Shown piece after piece: positions 57,101 to 64,000 of a stretch of DNA of 64,000 bases. The first letter of the stretch is position 1. The number at the start of each line of letters is the position of its first letter. A model generated the notes under the pieces. The model had not been told where the DNA came from. It saw only the letters and a program-made list of their open reading frames with translations, and ran no database searches. The position numbers were made by a program, and so were the translations under genes. Source of the DNA: Octopus sinensis (Eukaryota); assembly GCF_006345805.1 (NCBI RefSeq), contig NC_043004.1, positions 71,052,001 through 71,116,000 on the forward strand. The letters are read 5' to 3'.

Positions 57101-58100
57101 TTGATTTCTTCCCAGGTTTTGTTTTCTTTGTTTTTTCGGGGACATACAGCTGGTTTCAATTGCCCTAGCAGAAGCGTAAATAATTTCATTTAACTCAGTA
57201 AAATCAGGTTTTAATTCTCGTATTATTTCATTTGTTACATAGTTGCCAATTTGGATTTGTTTTTTACTTTGGTTTGTATTTGAGAGTTTATGAAGTGGTT
57301 CTCTATCATTCATACTTATATGTCTTACAACTTCAAGCGTATTCAGGATTTTCTGCCTCATTTCTGCCATAGACTCTCTGTGTTCTTCAGCAAATGCGAG
57401 ATCTTCAGTTACTGTTGTTTTTTCGTTTTCCTGGCTATCTTTAACAGGTACAATAGAATTTCTTGTATCTTCAGGCCTTTGCGTACTTTGGTCAGATGGC
57501 AGTCTTTCAATTAAGCCTCGTGGCGGGCTATGCTGTTCATCTGATTCTTCATTTCCTTTGTGTCTTATATTTATGTCATTTTCCGTTGCGTGCTTGATCG
57601 CGTTTATTTCACTGTCTGTGAGTCTGTTATTTCTAAGGATATCCCTCCTCACATTTGCTAATTTGTTCTCGTCCAAATAGGGCCTACTGTCTTGATTCCG
57701 TGTTCTCCATATACTGTAAGAGTTTGCGGTGTGTCTCTCTTGAGATGGCCTACCTAATGCATAGTAATAAGCGTATATTACTTCTTTATACTCTTCTCAG
57801 GTCCATTTGTTCCGCTTACATTTTTCTTTCTGTGGTGGTTGTGGTGGTGAACTTGGAGGGCTCGAGTTGGAGGATTTCCCGTTCAAGTGACCATCCATGT
57901 CCGTATTCGGAGAAGAGTTTGTGCCAGTTGATGACTTTTCGATCCCAGGCTGACTCTTCCCTGGGGGACGCGCTTCCAGATTAACCATAGGACAAGCGAT
58001 TTGGTATACTGATTTAGTTTTCCTTTTAGTTTCCAAAAACATTTTGGTGCTACGATAATGTTATCATTTTTTAGCTTTGATTGGCTCGTGGGGAGACGGC
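54190..58100 (-). mobile_element. Near full-length R4/Dong-clade non-LTR retrotransposon with few disablements
   Basis: N-terminal KWT*EEYKEVIYAYYY; RT GIFQGDSLSP and YMDD (54799-56352); CCHC CRFC..HLISGC; RLE RHD, KPD, LIDMSIP, KYKDL; 3' end abuts (TAA)n. Confidence 0.95.
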
Positions 58101-58620
58101 CATCATTGCCGTTACAATTATAATCGTACCATTATAGCAGCCGTAGTCGGCTTATTATTGTTATTATCATCACCATTACCATCACTATCATCATTATCAC
58201 CACCATTACCATCATCATTATCATCACCATCACCATCACCACCATCATCATCAATGATATTGTTTTATGTGTAGTCACAGCAGTATCTTATTATTGTTAT
58301 TTTTGTTTTTTTATCATTATCACCATCACAGTAGTGTCTGTCTGTCTCGTTGGCTGGCTGACTGTCTTCAACGCCAGAGTTCTTTCCTGTCAAATAATAC
58401 TTTCATATTTGGTTAACAATAGAGCGGAGGTGAGGTTTGTGTTGGTTGAACTCTTTGAGTGTGTGTGTGTGTGTGTGTAGATAGATAGATAGATTATCAG
58501 CACTATTACTATCATTATTATCATCATCACCATCAGTGATATTTTTTTTTTTTTAGGTGGGGTCCTATCGGTCAAAAAAAGTTCAGATGTTTACTACTAT
58601 TAGGCTTAAGAAAAATTAAG

Positions 58621-59255
58621 GAAGGGATGTTCTGTATTGTTTGTGAATAGAGAAGTTGTGTTCGACCAGAGAGAATCTTAGCATCATCATTTTTTTTCCA
58701 TGTGCGTTTGTGTTATTGCAATAAAAAGTGTTTGTATATTTCGTGTAAGGTAATATTGTGGAGGTTGAAGTTGACTTATCTAGAGATGTTTGTATGTCCA
58801 GTTAGAAGAACAGGTGTGTTTTTACAATAAAAAGTATATGTTTACATTTATATTTGAATATTCAGGGAGGAAGCAAAGAAAAGTCAGAATTTCATAGAAA
58901 TTTTTAGGGTTTTGCAAGTCCACAAAAAGAAAAGCGTGATGTTTTTAGAGGGAAGAAAAAAAAAAAAGGATGTTTACAGAGGCAATTGTGGGTATCAAAG
59001 TTTTTAAAGCTGGTCGAATGTATGATTGAAAACTGTAGATATGTAAATTTGTAAATTTTCATAACTTATTTTGAAGGGCTGTTCTGTATTGTTTGTGAAT
59101 AGAGAAGTTGTGTTCGACCAGAGAGAATCTTAGCATCATTATTTTTTCCATGTGCGTTTGTGTTATTGCAATAAAAAAGTGTTTGTATATTTCGTGCAAG
59201 GTAATATTGTGGAGGTTGAAGTTGACCCCTCTAGAGATGTTTGTATGTCCAGTTA
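58621..59255. repeat. ~183-bp direct repeat (58621-58804 and 59073-59255)
   Basis: Both copies read GAAGGG.TGTTCTGTATTGTTTGTGAATAGAG...GTATGTCCAGTTA. Confidence 0.85.
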
Positions 59256-59285
59256 TTATTATTATTATTTTTTTTTTTATTATTA

Positions 59286-59325
<40 letters not shown>

Positions 59326-59449
59326 GTTGTTGTTGTTGTTGTTGTTGTTATTATTATTATCATTATTATTATCATTTTTTTTATTATGTTTATTATTAGT
59401 ATTATTATTGTTATTATCATTGTTGTTGTTGTTGTTATAATTATTATTA

Positions 59450-59700
59450 TTTAAGACGTCGCACAGCATCAAATATCGTGATGTTGTTGGTTGAAGCTAT
59501 TGTGTCTACCGGGAATTTGTACTGCCTGTCAAGCCACACCAACGACCTCAGACTCACACCACTTTACACAATATGCGTGCAGTTCAAAGAAATGCCGATT
59601 TCTGCAATATACCTTGAATGTAGGGTATTTCAAAAGCGTCCACGTTGGGCGGTATTGGGCGTTGGGCGATATTGAACAGAAGGCTCCGATGTCAACAAAG
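59450..59700 (-). mobile_element. R4/Dong 3'-end fragment
   Basis: Minus strand ILQKSAFL*TARIL..V followed by 3' UTR and (TAA/CAA)n at 59255-59450. Confidence 0.6.
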
Positions 59701-59729
59701 ACAACGATACATAATGACATTTATTATTA

Positions 59730-62700
59730 TTATCCTTTATTATTATCCTCTCATTATAACTTTATTTCAGCTGCCATAGTACCGGACATCCTATGGAGGC
59801 AAAGAGTTGCAAGGGCACTCTTTATTCCATTTTAAACGGAGAGTGCTTTCGTAGTATATGGGTTGCATCCATCAAGGTTATCCTTTGTGGCCCAACGGAG
59901 ACTGGAGTTACCAGAGAGTTGCTTAATATACTTCTCAGCTCTCTTCTTTATCAATCCCAATGCACCAATTACTACCGGACTGGTTTATCATAGTACTAAG
60001 CTTCCGCATTTGCAGATCTTTATAGTGAGAAAGCTATTCGTATTCATTCCTTTCTTGAGACATTTTGATCTAGTGTGACAGATATATCTATTAACAGACA
60101 GGTTCCACTGTTATAGGCCTTGATCACAATGTCTGGTCGATTGGAGTCAATTTTTGTGTTAGTTTGTATTGGGAAGTTCAAAAGGATGGTGACGCCCTTG
60201 CCATTGACTACTTCCTCTGGATGGTGCCTGTACCACTTATCACGGGATTTAATTGTGTAGTATTTACAAGCATTCCGGTGCATGTACTGTTGTAGTCTGT
60301 CATGTCTTATGAGGTACGCCTTTTCAGCGAGGACTGGGCAGTCGGAAACAACGTGATTAATTGTCTTTGTGAAATTTCCGCAAAATCTGCACAAGGGGTC
60401 AGATCCATCTTTAAGGACGTTTGCATGGTTAATTTCTGGTAGGTAAACTCTGATCTTGCGCTACAATAACAAAACCCTTTGTTTTCGCTTTCAGACCTGC
60501 CCCTTGCAGCCACCATTGGTGTGTAAGATTGTGATCAATATCTGGCTTTGACAGGCGGTTAGGATATTTTCTATGCAGCAGTTTAATTTTCCAGTTGCAA
60601 TACTTCTTTGCTTTTTGTTTCATATTTATTGCATCAATGATACGTTTGGCACTATTTGGATGTCTTTGGTCTTTCTGATTGTTAACTTGTAGGCCAAGAG
60701 ACAATTTAAAATTTCAGACTAAGCCTCATGACTGAAGCTTGCTTGGAAGCTTCCTGCTTCACTGAAGTTCGTAAAAGTACATCTTTTGTTGAATTCAGAT
60801 ACGTTTCAATGACCATTATTGCTGATTTGAAGGATTGTTCAAGCTGTATCTTCAACCTATTTTTCTTGTGAGATAAATCCTGTCTACATCTGATTTTGGA
60901 TGGTGCATTCGGTACCATGCCAAGATTTTACGGACGTTTCCATTAATATTCTGCATGTCAGTGAGACTCCACTTAATAATACCATACTGGTATGGCCAAA
61001 GAATTTATCACATTAATTCTGTTAGCAGCATTTAAATCTGAGTTTAGAACCTGTCTTGCCCTTCGGTAGCATTCCATGCGGATATTCTCTTTCATTTAAG
61101 AGTGCTGGATACCCTCACCTTTATTTGTTCCCAGATATGAATATACTTCGGATTGGTCTAGGTTTCGAGTAGCTGTCGTATTATCAAGTTCTATGTTTTC
61201 TGCCTTTATCAACTTTCCTGCCTTGAAAGTAGCCTTTGCACATTAATCTAGTCCGAATTCCATAGCTTATCACAGCTGAATTCTTTGATAATATTCAGGA
61301 GCTCTTCTAATTCTTTGTCGTTTTTTGCAAATAGTTTTAGATCATCCAAAAAGAGTAGATGATTAATTTTTTGGCCAAACATCGTATACCCTCTCTTAGC
61401 ATTATTCAGTTGCGTGGATAAAGGAAACAGAGCGAGACAGAATAGTAATGGTGATAATGGACCACATTGAAAGATACCACAATCAATATTGATGTCTGGT
61501 GAGATGGTATATCCTTGTGTATAGTATAGAATGAGGGAATCTTATCTATATCTGGGCTTTCCATTTCTTTGACTTGGCGAACGCTGCTTTCACTTCTTCA
61601 GTTGTTATATCCCACAATTCTTGAGTTGGGCATTGGCCTCTTCTATGTCCCTCATCCAATGTGCATTCTGATTAAACTCCTTTGGATTATTCCAAATGTT
61701 TTTCCTAAAATCTTCAGTTTGATGTTGGGAAGGGGGTGTTTTCTCAATAATGGTATTTTCCCCCCAGCTCCCTGTAGAATTTTTTGCGTTCTCCTTGAAT
61801 AGAACGTTTTGTCTATGGAATGCTTCGTGCCTTTTGTATCTTGCCAGTCGCTTGGTTTTTAATTGTAGTTTTCGTTTGAGGATTTCAATTTGTATATCAT
61901 TTCTTTTCATATTTAGATCATGTTTAGCAATTATTCTTATCAGTTTGTTGTGTTTATTAGATTTCCCTTTGCTAGCTTCAAGTAGAAAACATATATCTGC
62001 TTTTTGTTGGATTATTTTCCGGTTTATCCTTTCCAGCCATGCACGCTGTTTGTGTACATTGCACTTTTTTGTCTATCTCTAATATTAATACCACATTTCT
62101 GAGTTGCAACATAAACAGCTGAGGAAACGAGCAGACCAATCCCTCCGAGGCCATTTTCTCTACTATTCTCAAGATGTATCAGCTTTCCAAGTAATTGATC
62201 AACTTCTTTGATTATTTTCCTGTTCTTATTAGTATTAATAATTTTAGGAATTGGGGCTCTTTCGTGGAAAGGTTGCTCTAGTTCTATTAGATATTGTTCT
62301 AGAATTCCATCTGCCAGTTCATTGCTGACGGGATCATTTATAGTGTTTTTAGTATCAACTGATGGTCCAGCTTCATAGGGTTTTGTGTACCCAGTTTAAT
62401 AGTTTGTGTTAGTAATTTCAGAGCTTTTTACCAGTGGATATAAGTGAGTGTGTGTTATATAGAGCTGGATTTTGACTGATCTGACTAACACTTTACTGTC
62501 AGTTAGTCTTTCCTTTTTTAGGATATGACATCTCACAGCTCCTAGTTTATTACTCTCAATGTACAGCCTGCTATGCGGGGTTTTGCACCTCCAGATATTG
62601 TAGGTCTCTTTTTGTGTGGTTGATGTTTCTAGGTTTAGTGTTGAATAATAATAATAAGCATGCATAACTTCGATATAGTCTTCCTTAATCCATTTCTGTC

Positions 62701-62900
62701 ATGTATTTTATTTCCTTGAGACAGGTCTGGTAGTTGATTCAGAGCAAGAATATCCCTGGTTTTATTTGCTACAGGTTCTTGAGGAGGTTGGTCCAGATTT
62801 AAAGACTTTTCGAATTCAGTCAAGGAACCTTAGGTCACTGATGAACCTGTTCTTCGAACGACACGGGTTCTAGGGGGTATTACCATGGTTAGTTTCCAGG
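59730..62900 (-). mobile_element. Second, more decayed R4/Dong LINE
   Basis: GIFQ..PLSPLLFCL, LLFLDDLK, CRFC..HVVSDC, RHD, NRPDIV, LLIDIS, MHAYYY; many frameshifts. Confidence 0.9.
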
Positions 62901-63249
62901 GCCGTGCTATAAGCGTACAAGGTTAACCAATTTTATGGTTCCTTGGGTAACGTTCTGAGGTCCCAGGCATAATTTTCCGGGTGGTGGGATTTATTTTGAG
63001 AAGTTTTAAACTAGTTCGTGTCATGACCTGCCGCCTGGAAGGTATCAAATGGCAAGCTTTCAGAATTCAAATAGCGTCGTAGAAAGAGGCAGATATTGAA
63101 TTGACAGCCAGAGAGAGACAGGGACAGGGAGACAAAATACAGAACCCTCATGCAGCCTCCAACTGGAATTACCCCCCAGCTATTTTCAGTAGGATGGTAA
63201 TAGCTTTGGCGGCGGTGGTGCTAGAAGTGGTAATGTGGTTGTACTTGTT

Positions 63250-63997
63250 CTTCTTTACACTAGGCACAAGGCCTGAAATTATGGGGGAGGGGGCTAGTCG
63301 ATGAGATCGACCCCAGTACGCGACTGGTACTTAATTTACTGACCCCGAAAGGATGAAAGGCAAAGTCGACCTCAGTGAAATTTAGTCTCATGACGTCAAG
63401 ACATGAAATACCTATTTCTTTACTACCCGCAAGGGGCTGAACACTGAGAGGACAAACAAGGACAGAAAAACGGACCAAGTCGATTATATCGACCACAGTG
63501 CGTAAGTGGTACTTATTTAATCGACCCCGAAAAGATAAAGGTAAAGTCAACCTCGGCGGAAATTGAACTGAGAACGTAGCGGCAGACAAAATTCCCATTT
63601 CTTTACTACCCACAAGGGCTAAACACAGAAGGGACAAAGAAGGACAGACAAACGGATTAAGTCCATTATATCGAACCCAGTGCGTAGCTGGTACTTTATT
63701 TATCGACTCCGAAAGGACGAAAGGCATAGTCGACGTCGGCGGAATTTGAACTCAGAACGTGACGGCAGACGAAATACCTATTTCTTTACTACCCACAAGG
63801 GGCTAAACACAGAGAGGACAAACAAGGACAGACAAACGGATTAAGTCGATTATATCGACCCGAGTGCGTAACTGGTACTTATTTAATCGACCCCGGAAGG
63901 ATGAAAGGCAAAGTCGACCTCGGCGGAATTTGAACTGAGAACGTAATGCCAGACGAAATACGGCTACGCTAACGTTTCTGCCAGCTCTTCCGCCTTA
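63250..63997 (-). mobile_element. SINE family A concatemer: one head and four tandem bodies
   Basis: Unit TTTCTTTACTACCC.CAAGGG.. at ~63415, 63598 and 63781 (period ~183); single head at ~63975-63997. Confidence 0.85.
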
Positions 63998-64000
63998 TGA

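Noticed and set aside
58050-58120. HDV-like ribozyme at the Dong 5' end
   Set aside because: Known for some R4/R2 elements, but I could not build the nested double pseudoknot by eye.
59478-59675. ORF starting MMLLVEA as the GPCR TM3 exon
   Set aside because: Lacks the HYF..W context and a good acceptor; better explained as a Dong 3' end on the minus strand.

Overview
AT-rich, microsatellite-saturated eukaryotic DNA whose SINE, LINE and simple-repeat content looks like an octopod cephalopod genome (inference). A 100-N gap lies at 44025-44124. Most ORFs in the supplied track are simple-repeat artefacts. Host coding sequence: five + strand exons of an adhesion GPCR (GAIN/GPS, TM1, TM2; 47028-53466), with a 1-nt frameshift in the GPS exon and one acceptor that appears to sit inside a mariner TIR. 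There is also a weaker three-exon minus-strand gene candidate with C-type-lectin-like motifs (35086-29036). The rest is mobile DNA: tRNA-derived SINEs, a CR1/L2-like LINE, R4/Dong LINEs in (TAA)n, an L1/Tx1 fragment, mariners and MITEs, a Helentron-like HINE, Gypsy remnants and a (TAA)n-embedded 550-bp element. The most striking hidden signal is eight sequence-unrelated loci with type I hammerhead ribozyme folds (11 motif copies). Four sit in inverted-repeat cassettes inside (TA)n tracts and three lie in GPCR introns, consistent with a diverse Penelope-like/retrozyme system. All folds and alignments were done by eye.
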